Below, in pieces: positions 36,301 through 49,849 of a stretch of 64,000 nt of DNA; the stretch's first letter is position 1; each line of letters begins with the position of its first letter. The position numbers were made by a program, and so were the translations under genes. Below the pieces are notes generated by a model. The model saw only the letters and a program-made list of their open reading frames with translations. It was not told where the DNA came from and ran no database searches. Origin of the DNA: Lama glama (Eukaryota); NCBI GenBank assembly GCA_028534125.1, contig CM052829.1:930001-994000 (forward strand), given 5' to 3'.

Positions 36301-38984
36301 GGGGTGCCCAGTGATGGTGACGGTGACACAGGACCTGGAAACAGCAACAACGGGACCATCTGCTCTGAGGAAGTGTCAGGAAGGCCTCGAGAAGAGGGGC
36401 ACTTAAAAGGCTCTGGACCAGTATGGACATTTGCTGGGTCAGATGGCTGCCTGGGCGAGGGCAGAAAGAGAACTCAGGGTGGATGGCACGGGGGGGGGAC
36501 GGCAGGAGCCCTGTGACCCAGCTTGGCGTTGGAACTTCCAGGGACCATGTGAAGCGGCCAGAAATCCAGAGAAACAGTCCGGTGGTCGCTCCAGGGAGAC
36601 CTCAGGGCAGAGGCTGCGATTTCCTGCTCCCTGGGAGCGACGGGGACAAACGAGCATCCGTCAGTCAGAGACCTGACTCGGCAGCAGGCCCTCTGTCCCC
36701 AGGGCTGCTCACTGACTCCCGGGAGCTGAGCCAGAGCGTGCAGCCTGGGCCCTCTCTCGGGATGTACTTAAACCACCGATGAAAAAAACAGAAATAAAAC
36801 AGTCGCCAAGCTGCTGGTCGCAACATAAACATCTCAAACTTTGCACCTCCCTGTGCGCCAGCAAGAGCCAGTGAAATCAGCGCAAAGCTTTGCAGGCCGG
36901 ATGAACGGTGCAGACGGAACCACCACACTCGGCCGCGTTCCTGCCCAGGCCGCTGGTGGGGAGGAGAGCTTGCTGCCCCGTGACCTTCACCCAGTTAATT
37001 ACAAATGTATTTTCCGCCTCAGGATGAATGTTATTTGTATTCAAGTCAAGCGTACAAAATTAATGTCAAATGATGTGTTTTGAGCCAAATTTCTATACAA
37101 GGGAATTTCATCCGCGCTGCTAAGCCTGCGATGTGCTCCGTGCACCCTGAGGACCACGCGTGCGCGAGGCCACGCCCGAGGCCGACCGGCAGAGCGGCCG
37201 ACCTCACGCCCTGCTGGGCCACGCGGAGCGGGCGCGGCTCCCAGAGAGGGCTCCTGCTGACTGGGGGCTGTTTTATTTTTCCTCAAGCGCGACGTTTTGT
37301 TGTTTCACACAGTTGTTCTCACCCCGAGGACGTCATTCACACCCTGTGCTGCACTTCAGCTTTAATAAACCAGGTGGAACCTGACCCCGGGGAGCGAAGC
37401 AGGCGGTCATGAAACGCACGCTCTTCTGCCGTCTCCCCGGCCCTGGGACCCGCGGCCGATCCCCCGGGCCTGAGAAGCAAACAGGCAAACAAGCACACAG
37501 GGCGTCGTGAAGTTCTGTCTCCCCCGTCTTCGCTCTGCCCCCCCACCCCAGTATCTCCGTCTCTCTTCCCCTCTGCCTCTCCTGGTCTCTCTGTCCCTCT
37601 CTGTCCCTCGGTCTCTCATTCGTGAGAGAAAGCACTCACCTCCAGTCATGATCCTCAGAGAACCTGACTCGGCTCCTAGGAACCCGGATGTGGAAACCCT
37701 CCCTTCTTCACAGACACAGAGGGCAGCTCTGATGGGCTCGTCGGCCCCTTGGAGCCCTGCTCAGGGCTCAGGCTCATGGCGGCCCCAGGAAACATTTTCC
37801 CACGTGTGGGAAGCGATCATCAAAGGGCTTAGTCCGATTTTGGTTTTATCTTCATAATCAAAAAGGGGAAACAACAGGAGACCCCCCCCCGGCAGCTGTG
37901 AAGCGCTGGCGGGTCTGTCTCCTCAGGGCCCGGTCCACGCACCCTGCAGTCAGACGGGGAAACTCAATCTAGCTCGTGGTCTGTTCTGCTCTCAGTAGCT
38001 TCCTGTCGTGGTGCTGGTACGGGTCTTGCAAGTCCCTCGGCGAAGAAAAAAGTGCTTTTCCGGGGAAGAGCCTGATTTAGAATTGAGATGGGAAAACCAC
38101 TCTTGTTATAAGCGTTCTTTGTCGTGCGAGTCTTAGCGATTTCCCTCTGTCTCCCTTTGCACAGGACGGCAGTGTCGGTCGTGCCGGTGCCCGCCGCGTT
38201 TGTCGCTGATGGTCGGCTAGCCTGCGCAGACGGCCTTGGCGGGGGCTGTGCTTCGTCCTGTGACAGACTGCGCGTGAGGCTTCGGTGGACATGCAGTGAT
38301 CAGTGACACTGTCACAATATCATAAACAAAAAATCGGCATTGGTTCCAAATTCAGCTCCATCGTCTGATGGATGCCACCAGAACCAACCCAGCCTCTGTG
38401 AAAACCCTGGGCCCTTGTTCTGAATAGCCCCCGCTGCCATTTACACGCCCGGAGCGTCACCCACCGCACATCTGCCTGCAGCATCGACAACCCAGCGTTT
38501 CTGACCAGCCCCCAAAGTAGTCCGATAAATTACAGCTCCTGTAACGAACCAGCTTCCCCTAAATGAATGTCAGATGCTCTACAGGTGACCTGAGAGAATG
38601 CCACTATCCCCCGAGCCCCATAAGTAACAGGAAAGCTGTCAAGAAGAGCAAGCAGAGGTAGATCATTTTCAAGTCCCTCAGCATTCCTGCATTTTTAACT
38701 CTGTCAACCCCAAAGGCCCCTTTTCTTTATATTAAAATAAACGTTGTAAATTTTTTATTATTAACCAGACAATTCTGTTTCCTTTTTTTTTATAGTCAAA
38801 TAAATGGAGCTTCGACCTCGGCATTAAGGAAGCACTAGGCCCCGCACCATCGCACCGCTGCTGTCGGGGAGGCGATGCAGGTGCGGGAACGAGGGTGCAG
38901 GGACCACCCAGCGCGCAAGCCTCCGCCCGCACCCTCCTGGCCTCCCCGCTGGGTCTCTCCTCTGGACCCCTGACTAACGCACAA

Positions 38985-39490
38985 CACCGGCCCCGTGAGC
39001 CGCTGATCTGTGCGCTGTACGCTCTGCTCGTCCCAGGAATTTCATGGAAACGAAGTCACAAGACACATTCCTTTTACAAATGACGCCTTGTAATCCACAG
39101 TGTTTCTGGGAGTCACCCAGGTTGCCGAAGGCACTGGAGGTTTTTTTCCTCTAACTGGCAACTGACATCCGTGTTAGGCTCTACATCGCACTTTGTTTAT
39201 TCATTTATCTCTCAAGGGAAGTTCGTGTTGTTTCTACTTCGGGGCTGTCATGACAGAGGAGCACTCAGGTCAGACGTGGTATGGACGCGTGTTTCCACTG
39301 TTTGGGGCACAATCATAGGACCTGGTTGCTGGACCCAAGGAAGTAGACGCTTATCTTTCCAAGAAACTGCCAGCCTCGTTCCAGAAATGGCTGCCCGCGT
39401 CCTGTTCCCTCCAACAGCATCTAAGGCCCTGGCCTCTCCGCCAACGCTCGGTGATGTCGGACCCTGGATTAGGCCGTACTGGGGTGTGCT
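38985..39490 (-). mobile_element. Old L1 3' fragment (L1MB/L1MC-like)
   Basis: TTTGTTTATTCATTTATC...GTTGTTTCTACTTCGGGGCTGTCATGA...AAGAAACTGCCAG...AATGGCTG antisense L1 3' pattern. Confidence 0.7.
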
Positions 39491-39519
39491 GGCCTCTCGG
39501 GCCGCGGGCCCTGGCTCTC

Positions 39520-40000
39520 AGAGGCTGGTTTTGACGGGCACACACTTCTTGGCTGCCATGTTTTTCCTTTCAGCACTTAGACCGTCACTTCACCACCTCT
39601 GGTAGCAGCATGTGCTCCTCCCTCCGCTCTTGCCTCGGCGCCTCCGCGTGGGATGGCTGCTTTTAGGATTTTCCTTTGCTGCTGGGTTCCAGCAGTTTGA
39701 CTGTGACGTGCCTTGGTGGACACCTTTTATGTGTCTGTGTACATGTGTCCCTGCTGCTTCCCAGGATTTATTGAGCTTCCTGGATCTGTTGATTTAGGAT
39801 TTTCACCAAATTCAGAAATATTTTCCATCATCATTTTAGAAATATTTTGGTCTCATCTGACTCCTTCTGAGATTCAGGTGTAAGTGGGTCACGGCTCTTG
39901 ATATTTTTCGACAGGAAGCTGTGCCCCTCCCCACTCACCTCTCTATGTGCGTCATTTGGGAATTATTCTCTTGCTATTTCTTTAAATTCACTAATCTGTT
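39520..40000 (-). mobile_element. Old L1 ORF1-region fragment (L1ME-like)
   Basis: TTTCCTTTCAGCACTT...CAGCAGTTTGACTGTGACGTGCCTTGG...TTGAGCTTCCTGGATCTG...TTTCACCAAATTCAGAAA. Confidence 0.7.
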
Positions 40001-40104
40001 TTAGGCAACCATATGGCCAAACTCACTTGCCTAGATTTAGAGAACAGGTAGGATTTCAAAGCCAGAGCCTGATCAGTAAGGACGCATTTTAACTACAGAA
40101 TGTG

Positions 40105-40308
40105 TAGGCAGAGCACAACTCTGGGGCTGCCTGACAGGTTTTTAAGATAACCTTTCATGGGCACACAGCCCTCCTCGTTCAGCCACGGCTGTCACAGCTC
40201 CGTGTGAGCTGCAATGGCAGAGCGGAGTGGCCGCGGCGGACCGCACGCAGCCTGCAAACCTGAAATATTTGCCAACTGACCCTTTACAGAAAAGTTGCAG
40301 GAAGCATG
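40105..40308 (-). mobile_element. hAT-Charlie non-autonomous DNA transposon (MER58A-like)
   Basis: GCCTGCAAACCTGAAATATTTGCCAACTGACCCTTTACAGAAAAGTTG matches the MER58A terminal region. Confidence 0.8.
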
Positions 40309-43300
40309 GTCTGGGGAACTCGGAGTCAGACACGCTTCACCAGGCGGTGTATGGAGACGTAAGCTTTATCCACTTTTTACCGCAAGTAACACCAGTCTTC
40401 CCCATTTCAGTGTAAACTTCATCTTCCGAAAAAGCTTGATGAAATTTAATGCAGTACTTAATGGAATACATCGATTCTCGTGTGATCCGCCTCCTCTGAA
40501 CGTCAGCTGGGACGCTCGCCGCCGGGTCTGGTCTGGCCACCGACTCCTCTGCTGCAGGGCTGGGCGTCAGTCTCCCTGTGAATTGCAGCTTTAGGTGTTA
40601 AAGAGCCTCGAACACACACGGCGCCCAAGCCCTTGAGTTTCAAGTGGCCTTGAGCCTCTCAGCGCAGACTGTCGCCTTCTCAAGTTTACAGCTGCTCCAG
40701 GGCGTGCAGGTGCCTGAGTAGGGGCGGGGGCTCCCTGCGCTGTTGTCAGACGGACGCGTGGCAGCCAGAGGGGCAGCCCTCGCCCGGACTCCAGGCTGGC
40801 ACTTGCCTCCCTTCTTAGGGTTAAAAGCACTGGGACCCCAAGGTGAAACTTACCAGAAGGAGGCCCCCGGGCAGAGTCTTGGCATCAGGGGCATCTGCTT
40901 TCTGCTCAAACTGCCCGCGGGAAATGCGGGGTGAGAAGTGGGGGAGGAAGGGCTTCCGTGAACCATGCGCACAGACACAGGTTGTTTTCAACTAAAGAAA
41001 TGCTCCCTTCCCCACGTGCACACATGCAAATGAAGAATTAAGATGAACATGTCCCCATCCCCATCTGGGAACCTAATCTGTCTCCTGACATTCTCCTAAC
41101 ACAGGAAGTGTTTTGTGTTAGAGAAATGTTGCATTTCTGAAGCAGGGGAGGACTGGGTTTCATTAAGGACGGTAAGGAAAGCGCACGTCTTTCCCGTCTG
41201 CACTGAGGCAATCCACACACTGCACGCGCTCACCTCCGCTGCCCTCCCACGAGGTCGATGTCATCGCTGTCCCCGCTCACAGACAGCGGAGCTTTCACGG
41301 ACACGGCTCCTGATTTCAGGCCGGCCTGCTGCACGGACACACAGCCCTCTCCCTGCACATGTGTCCGTGTGCTGAGGGGGTGGGGAGGGCGCTGTGGAAG
41401 AGGTGATGTCTGTGGAGTTCCACAAATTGCATCGAGTTGCTGACTTCATGATGCTGTTTCTCAAATATTTCATTTTATATCTGGTAACTTAGTTAAAGAA
41501 ATCTACCCTTACGAGGCAAACTGTCCTCGTCACACTGCACGCCCCGGACCCTGCCCCGCTGTGTCCTCCCATGCGGCTCGTGTGTGGTGCTTTATGAATG
41601 AGGGGCGCTGGGGGTGGGGACCGGGCTGTCTCTGCAGGGGAACGTGTGCTACTTCCTTCCTTTCTGATGACCTGCCGGCCAGCGTGCGTGGTCTTGACCT
41701 GGGACATGCCAGTATCCAGGCACAGTGACACAGTGAGGGGCCTCCCTGGCCTGCTGTGGGGACGCCGTGTCCGCTGCCCTCAGCCGGAGCCCACGCCTCA
41801 GGCTGGGCGAGGTTTCAGGCCACGTACAGAGGGGACTGAGACCGGGGTGTCCCTCTCTCCCCCAGAAAGGCCGGGGGAGCCTATGACTTCTGAGAAAGCG
41901 ACCCACTGCTCTGTTCAGATGCGTAAGGATGCAACTTCATGTGTGAAGCTCAATAAGGCATATTTAATATATTCGTTTGTTAAATTTAAACCAGACACCT
42001 GGCTGGAGTGGAATTTTCAGTTGAGTTTCTTGCCCTCCAAGCCTCCGACATTTGCAACTGTTCACATGCTAACCCAACCACTCACTCACTCACCTTCATA
42101 AAAGCGTATCTGGGAGTTTATGTGCCGGGACTGGACATCAAAGACCTGTTTTTATTGGAGGGCTTTCCCAGCCAAGTCTGAATTCGGAACAGACCCTGCG
42201 CAGCAGCAAATGGATGTGGAGAGCAGCTCTGCTTGGTGATAAAACAGGTGGGCTGCGGGCCGTCAGATTCCAAACTGAAATCTCCCCCCATCTGGGGCTC
42301 TCGGGGAGAATCCCTGTACACTTTGTAAATGAAATTTATCTCTCCTTCCCTCTGGTTACTTGCGCTTTCCTTCCCTGTCTCAGAAGTGACTTCTCCCTGG
42401 CGGTGCCGGCCCCGGGACAGCGGTGAGGCACAGGAAAGGGCTCAGGTTTGCAGCCTATGAACCACACCGGAGGCCGGTGGCTTCGCATCCAACAGAAATA
42501 CACTGAATTTGAAGACTTTGAACCAAAAGATAGAACCAAAGAAAATACCCCTTCTTCGCCGAGTCCCACCCTGGCCCCGCCCAGTGTGGGGTGACACCAG
42601 CTTTGTCTCAGCTCCATCACCCCAGGAAGCAGGCAGCCGCCGCTGTGCCCATGCCCCGGGTGGGGGAGCGCAGCTGCGGCCCAGGAGCCGGGTAGGGGAT
42701 GCCCACAGAGACCCTGCCCTGGTTCATCCTTGTTTTCTTGTCTGAATCCCTGAAAACAGAGCCCTGGAGATTCAGGAGCCTGCCTGCTCTGCCTGGATGC
42801 TGGAGGGGCTGCCCTTCGGAGTCATCGGCCTGATTGCACTAGGCCAGTCCGCAGCCTCCCCACCGCGCCCCGGAGGCAGTTACGTCAGGGAGATGGCTCC
42901 CACCACCTCCGAACAACGAGGGCAGAACTGAGGTGTCTGTGAACTCGAAGGTTCTGAGGTTGCTTTTCTTGCAGATTCCAACACAGCTTTCACTTTTAGC
43001 TGTTCCACGGACCGAGCTCCCACTGGCCCGCATGCTTCCGGGCTCCTGCAGAGGCCTGCTCTTCACCTTCAGCCTCCAGCCCATCCCTTGCCAAGCGGCG
43101 CTGCCGGACGCGAGGCGCGCCCCGGGCTCTCCGAAGCAAGTGAGTTTCCAGAGGGCTTTTGGGGTGATCGCGCCTCCTTCTTGTTTCCATGCTGCAGCTT
43201 ACAGTTAACGGCACGGCTGGAAACAGGCTCAGTAAAACGAGCTTAAATCTGAGCATCAAAGCGCATGGACGGAGTGGGAGGAAGTGCAGAGTCCAGGAGG

Positions 43301-46300
43301 AATGAGCTGCTGTCGGCGACGGGAAGGGTTCTGGTGGACAGACGTTAAGGAGCACCTTTTCTATCCACAAAGGGTCGGGAAAAAGCAAATTGACTTAAAA
43401 CAAAAATGAAAAGTTAGGAAAACTTGATGGAAAATAAAACCAAAAGTTGGCCCTTGAGAATGTTTTAGGGCCAGGATGGGTGTCACGCCCGACCTCAGAG
43501 CCTGCTCCCTGGGGGCCTGGACCCCTGTCCCGAGATCCGAGGGCTGGGAGCACAGACCACGCGCCGGCAGCCTCGGACACTCAGTGTTCATGCACAGAGT
43601 TGGCTGGAAGGGATTCAGTATGTTGGGGCAACGGACACCTTGGGGACCACGGTACAGAAAGGTGGAGGGCCAGGTCCTGGCCCCCGGAAGGGGACCTGGG
43701 CCCCGGAGCACTGCCTGGCCGGTGGAGGGGAGGCAACGGAAGCCTTGTGCTAAAGACTATCCAAAAAGTGGAAGGTAGACATTGTGTGCGGAGGGGGTTC
43801 AGTCATTCGCCTGCCTGATTCCATGGAGGAAACCCGGTTCCCGTCTCCAAGGAGCTCGATAAAAATGGCCGTCACAGTTGTCACAGATGAACACGCCCCC
43901 TCGGCACAACAGAAGAACCCCTGCGTGTTTGCAGGGTGGGGGTCCCTCCTACCCAGGAGCAGAAGCCCTCAGACCGCAAAAACCTGTGCCCCATGTCAGA
44001 CCCGTCTCCAGATCAGTGTCGGAAGACGAGTGCTTTGTAGGATCGGAGTGAAGTCTCATTCCCACAGATTTCATTCCTTTGAGGCATCAACTCAAAACCC
44101 AGCACTTTGTCAGGATGTGTCCGTCCACCTTCCTTTAGTTTTAATCCCATTCTGTGTAGTTTGAAGGGCAGATACACAACATCTGAGATGAATGAATGCT
44201 TAAAAAGTCACATAGTTTAATGTTTTTGAAGGCTGTCCAGCTCTCAGAACCCCTGAGGGCAGTTGTCACGAGTAAAGGACCCCTGGTGCGTTTGGAGCCC
44301 CGAGTCGGGCAGGTGCAACAATCACCCGGGGTCACGTCCGAGCTCGCTCAAGTCCAGGCAGAGCCGACGTGGCCCCTGAGCTGCTGCCGCGTTAGCACCT
44401 GCCCACGCCCTGCTGGGCCCCCGCCCAAGCTGCCCAGCTCCCTGTCCACGCAGTCACCCCCTCCCTGTCACTCAAGGTGCTCAGCTGCCCAGGATCTCCA
44501 GATCTGCCCTTAAAACAAGGAGCACATCTCACTGAGCCACCACATTAATTGAGAGACAGGAACCTCATGCTCAGGGTGCTTTCCTGAGCAAGCAGCCACT
44601 CACCCCAATGCTGGCTGAATGGGTGACAGCCGGAGAGATTCTGGTCATTTTTACCCCAGAAAAGATATTTCTAGATGCACGTGGAAGGAATCCAGTTGTT
44701 TGAGTACCTCTGAACAGTATCAAACCTAAAGTTTCATTTTGAAAATGAAAAGCCAGCAGTTGAGACAGTCAAATGAAAAGGTAAGTTACCTGGTATAAAA
44801 GGCAGCCTTTTCTGGGTCCGTCTGAAGACACACAGGTGTAGGCCAGTGCCCCAGGAGTCCGCACACTGGGGGCCTGGAATAACGACCTGGGCCAGAGTCT
44901 CCCGGCCCCGGGCCCGGCGCGTCCTGACCCGGTGGCTCCCACAGGCCCCGCACTCATCCCCAGCTTCTGCCAGGACAGGAATCTGGCGGCTTCACCCCGG
45001 CTGCACGGAGGCACTGGGGCTGTCTGCCAGCCGCGGTCAGGCGACATCCTTTCTTGCTGGATGTCTCCTTTGTGTTTCTCAGTTTAAACAAAGCACGAGA
45101 AACAATGGTCATTTTCACCCCGCCTCCTTTCAAGCACCCTTGGGATTCGTTTGTTTCCTGAAGTCTGGTCTCTGTCCTCTGACAGAGTCTGCACCTAGGA
45201 CTTCAGAGCTGGAGGGAAACTGGAGGCAAGGCTCACGGAAATTTCTTGATTGACAAACAGTTTGCAATACTCTTGAAAGGAAACTGCTGGCTCTCCGGCT
45301 CCGTGCTGTGCCCCGAGTCACCGGGCACTGCCTGGGACGGGCCATGGGGAGGAGATGGAGCTGAAAGGTGGCTCAATCTAAAACCAAGCTCCTCGATTTC
45401 TCCCCAGACAGCACATCTTCTGTGGTCCACAGACTGCCCCCCGGGCTAGACCCCGCCCCATGTCCATGCTCCCCCATGACCTCGACCCCGTCAGCCTCAG
45501 GAGCCCCCAGTCGGTGCTGGACAGGACCCTGGTCTGCCTCTTTCTCCGCCATGTGGCGGCATCAGGACCTCCATTCAGACCCAAGATTCCCTGCGTCCCC
45601 TGCCCACCTGTGACCGGTGACTCTCCCGCAGTAGCACCTGTCCTGCCACACCCTCTTGCGCTCTGGGGACCCCCGTGCACTGCGGTGGCCAAGCCCGTTG
45701 GCTGCTGGCCAGACACGAGCATCAGTCACCACACCGCCCTTCACACCCGCCACCCCAGGGCCTCCTACCCGCTCAGCTCCAGCCCCACTCCTCCTCCCGC
45801 GACCCTGCAGGGATGGGCGGCCAGGTAGTCGTGGGGACACAGACGTCACTGTCACTGCTGCTTCTTGCACGATCTCATAGATGGGGCTGTATCCTTGTGG
45901 GATGTGCCAGGGAGCACGTGGAACCTAACGAACTAAGAAGGAGGAAGCACTCTCCGTCCAACCCCTCATCAAGTCCAGCGCTCTGGAGACTGTGACATGT
46001 GGGAACAGCACAGCTAAACTCGTCTCCTGGAAAGAAGACAGCGTGTGCACAGTTCTTGGCTAAAAGGCACTGTTCCCTTCGACGGCGCTGCTAAAACTGA
46101 ACGGTAGGGGGCCCTATTTCTTCCTGCAGAAAGCGTTAGAACACTGTTTTCCGGCAGTGAGAAAGAGTTCCTTTAACCAGCACTCGAGGTTTTAACTAAA
46201 GGTCTAATTAATACTGAGAATTTCACTTCACTTTACACCAAAGGGAGCAATCGCTGGTCTTCAAACCTTTTTTCTTTTAATTTGACACATGTTTACTTAC

Positions 46301-46339
46301 AGCCATGTTCAAGCAAATTGAAGAGGTGCTGGGGAGAAT

Positions 46340-47110
46340 CGAAGATTACGACGTGCGGCGGAGAAACGCCCGATTGTATCCCGCCAGGCGCGGCGCCCGT
46401 GGTGAGCTGCGGCCGCCACCAGGCGCGCTCAGTCCGCGCCGTGTGCGCTCAGGGGTGTCGTCCCGGGATGAAGGAAGCACGTGAAAGGGATGCTGGGCGA
46501 AGACCGGGGGCCTCTGGCTTTTACAGTCTGAGAAAAGGTCTGTTTTGCCAAAAGGCACCTGGACATCTGGGCACCATTTCTTGACGGACTGGTCTGGACA
46601 ACGTCTTTCAAACACCCCGAGCGGCGGAGCTCTGCCCGGGGGCCGCGGCGCGCAGGTGTCCCGCACGCCTGTCCGGAGCCCCCGGGCCCCGAGGAAACGC
46701 ACCCCCTTTCCCGTCTGGGTGAACGGCTTCCGCTCGTTTGATGCTCCTGACACCCGCGGGCCAGAGGCGTCGTGCGCGCACACGCGGGCGGGCCGCCTCC
46801 GCCGCGCAGCGCGGCCCCGCGCGGCCCCCCGACCTTGCCGGGACCCGTCCTCCGAACCCCTAAACCACCTGCGCTTGCAGGCCGCGTGGGCCGCGTCACG
46901 GAAGCGCACCGCGCGCCCCACCCGCGCCAGGGCCTGAGACCCGGGGCCGCGCGGCGGGCGCGCTGACGGGCAGCTGGGGGCGGGGGGGGGGGTCCCCCGC
47001 GGGGCTCCCGTGGGGCGTGCGGGAGGCGGGCAGCGGGGGCTCGGGGGCCGGTCCTGAGGCAGCCTCTACCGCCCTCCGGCCGCTGGTCACTGTCCTCGAG
47101 GGACAAGAAC
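46340..47110. promoter_or_regulatory. Strong CpG island
   Basis: Dense CpG; CACGTG at 46478-46483, TGCGCGCA near 46773, long G-run 46976-46992. Confidence 0.75.
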
Positions 47111-49849
47111 GTAAAAGCTCCCGATTTCTAACAGGAACGTGAAATGCTATTTCCTGGAAAACACCTGATTTAAGACGTGATTTAAACAGCCCAAGCCCGC
47201 GGGTCACCGAAGCCCGCCCTCGGTCTGCTGATCGGCCACTTCTGCTCCTGGGCGCTTGGTTTTAAACGTTTCTCCAAGACAGAGTCTACTCTTCAAATGG
47301 AGTCGCGCACGAAATTCTGAAACAAAAACGCGTGGCCTTTTCCCTGGCCGTGACAGGATGTCGTTAGCCTAACTTTCTCGTATTCACTCAGAACAACAGA
47401 GAAAACGGCGGTGCTGTTTCGATGGACGTTTGAGTTGAAATCCTGGGAAACCGATCGCAATGGCTGTTTTATGTCACCTCAGGGTCCAAGTTATTGCTCC
47501 ATCTTGTTTTGGTGACACTGTACCAAGAGAATTCCAATTTACACAGCATCAAAGACACACTTGCGAACAGTGGCTTTTAAAGCATGTCTTACAGTCCTGG
47601 GAGACCGCCAGGCTCAGCTCGATCCGGCGCTTTGAGGGGGATCAGAAAACGTTCGCGTCCAAAATAAGTCAAGCAGCAAACACGGCCGCTTCCCCATTCC
47701 TCACCACAAAAATCAAGTCAGCCGAGGAGAACCAGACTCAGCCAGCGCCAGGCTCTATGCAGCCCTGTCCCGTCATTACTGGAGCTTTACATGCAAGGAG
47801 ATGTGCAGCCTTCCCCAGAAGTGAGTCCGCCACCCAGTCGCCGGAGGTGCTCCAGGGGAGCCCCCTTCCCTGAGAAGACGCTGAGCTCCGTCTTCACGGA
47901 GGGTGACACCGTCACAAACACGTGGGACAGAAAGAAGAGTCTCATCCAGACTGTGTGCAAAGCTGAGGTCACTTGCTCAGAAGCAAAATAACATTGGGGG
48001 CCAGACGGACCGGCAGGTCAGTACCTGCCGCCTGGATCTAGGTGAAGGAAAGGAAGAGAAGGCAGAGGTTTGCAGAAGGGTGTCTGGCGCCTCAAGAGTC
48101 TTACGACGCATCAGCCGGAGGCACCTGCCAGCGGCCGATCGGACTGGGATGTTCATGATCGTCCTGCGGGAAGGGGTTTCTCGCCATCGTCATGGAGCTG
48201 TCTCAGGAATCTCTAAGTGTGTGTGCACTGGGTCCCTGACACATCAAAAAAGTCAAATGAAATAGGCTAACCACGTAGGTGTATGAAGAAGTGACCACGT
48301 GGGCTTCTTTAATCCAACAGAAGGAGGCATCATCCCCAAGGGGGGGGTCACAGAGCAGAGCGCCATCCCTGCCACTGGGACCCCGATGGACCCAGTCTTG
48401 GAATGTTTTCCAGGAAAAAAACGGTCACAATTGGTCAGATTTCAGCCAAACTGTGAAGAGCTTGGCATGTGGCTAAAAGGCCTGGTAAGTGACCCATCCG
48501 AACAGAGAAGCCCCTCAGAGAGGACGGCAGGTGCTCCACGGGGCCCCGATTCCCGAAGTTCACGTTTGCGTCCCCCAGCTGGGAGCAGGACTTCTTCGCT
48601 GGGATGAACGCCTGACCCCTCTCACCTGACTCAGAGGAAACTCGGACAGACTCAGGGAAGAGCTGGCATCCATGGGTGACGACCAGCTGTCCTCATGATG
48701 AACAGGTGCTAAGAACTTCAGAATGTGGGGGAGGCCGTTGTCGGACTCCTGCCAGAGACAGCTTTGTTCTGGGTGGGGCAAAGGTTGCCAGTCAGACTGC
48801 AGTGGTTTTAGAGTTATCACTGTTGCAAGGAGCACGGTTCGGGTAGGTTGAGAAGACTTCCTGCACATTGGCCCCTGCCAGCACCACGCCAGGGCACAAG
48901 GTCTGACAGAATGAAGCTCAGTCCCCATGGGGTCTCCTCTCTGAAGCTGCTTCTGTGCTATGGTGGGCTCCACAAAGTCCTTTAGGCTCCCCCTACACAG
49001 CAAGGTGCCCAATGAAGGGATTGAGTGGGACCCCCAGGACTGGCGATCGAGGCTGCCTGCTCCTGGGACTGCTGCCCTAGACTGCTCCTGAGAGCACATC
49101 CTGAGACTGCAAGGACACTGCCCCCCTCACCCCATCAGCCGTAACTGGTACCTGGTCACGACCGCCAGGGTGGCTGTAAGACGCAGTCGCTGTTCTGGGG
49201 GCTGTGGATGCAGCACTGTGAAAAAGAACAGCATTGAGGGAAAAGTGACTGTGCCCTGATGGTATAACGTGGTAGTTTTTCATTACTATTGCACCAATGA
49301 ACGTGAATTAATATTTGAGTTAATATTGTAGCTTTTAATTTCCGTAAATATAGAAGTCTTTTCCAAGCGCTCTCTCTTTTCCGTGTAATGTTATCATCTA
49401 ATCGTTAAACCATGTGAAATTCTACACCCGTTACATGGAAGAGGTGATCTTCCAGTGAGCCTGGGCTCTCCTTCCCAGCTGTGGGAGCTGAAATCTCCTG
49501 CTTTGGGACCGCATTTTCTAGTCTATCATCTCCTGCCTCCGTGACCTAGTGAATTCTCCAGTCCTCGGAGAACCATGGTCATCGGGACAGAGATTTCTTT
49601 TAATTGTTAGCATCTCCTTAGACTGACTGATCGTCATTAGTATGTCGGCCGAGCCCCTCCTGCCCCCCGCTGCCCCTCCTCCTCCTTGCTCTTTCTAACC
49701 CTCTCCTTCCAACGGCCCCTCCGCCTTGTCTGCATTTTCTCTCTCCTCTGTCTCACGCTTGCCTCCACCTTCTCTCCCTCCATTCCTTCCATGTTCCTCC
49801 CTCCCCTGTTCTCCGGTCTCCTTCGGTCTTTCTCCCCCTTCTTCTGTGT

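Noticed and set aside
44732-44750. Perfect inverted repeat TTTCATTTT-G-AAAATGAAA (and a T7A8 palindrome near 54264-54278)
   Set aside because: Short and low-complexity; expected by chance in 64 kb
47900-48490. Possible decayed LTR or coding exon
   Set aside because: No termini, TSD or recognisable protein could be established
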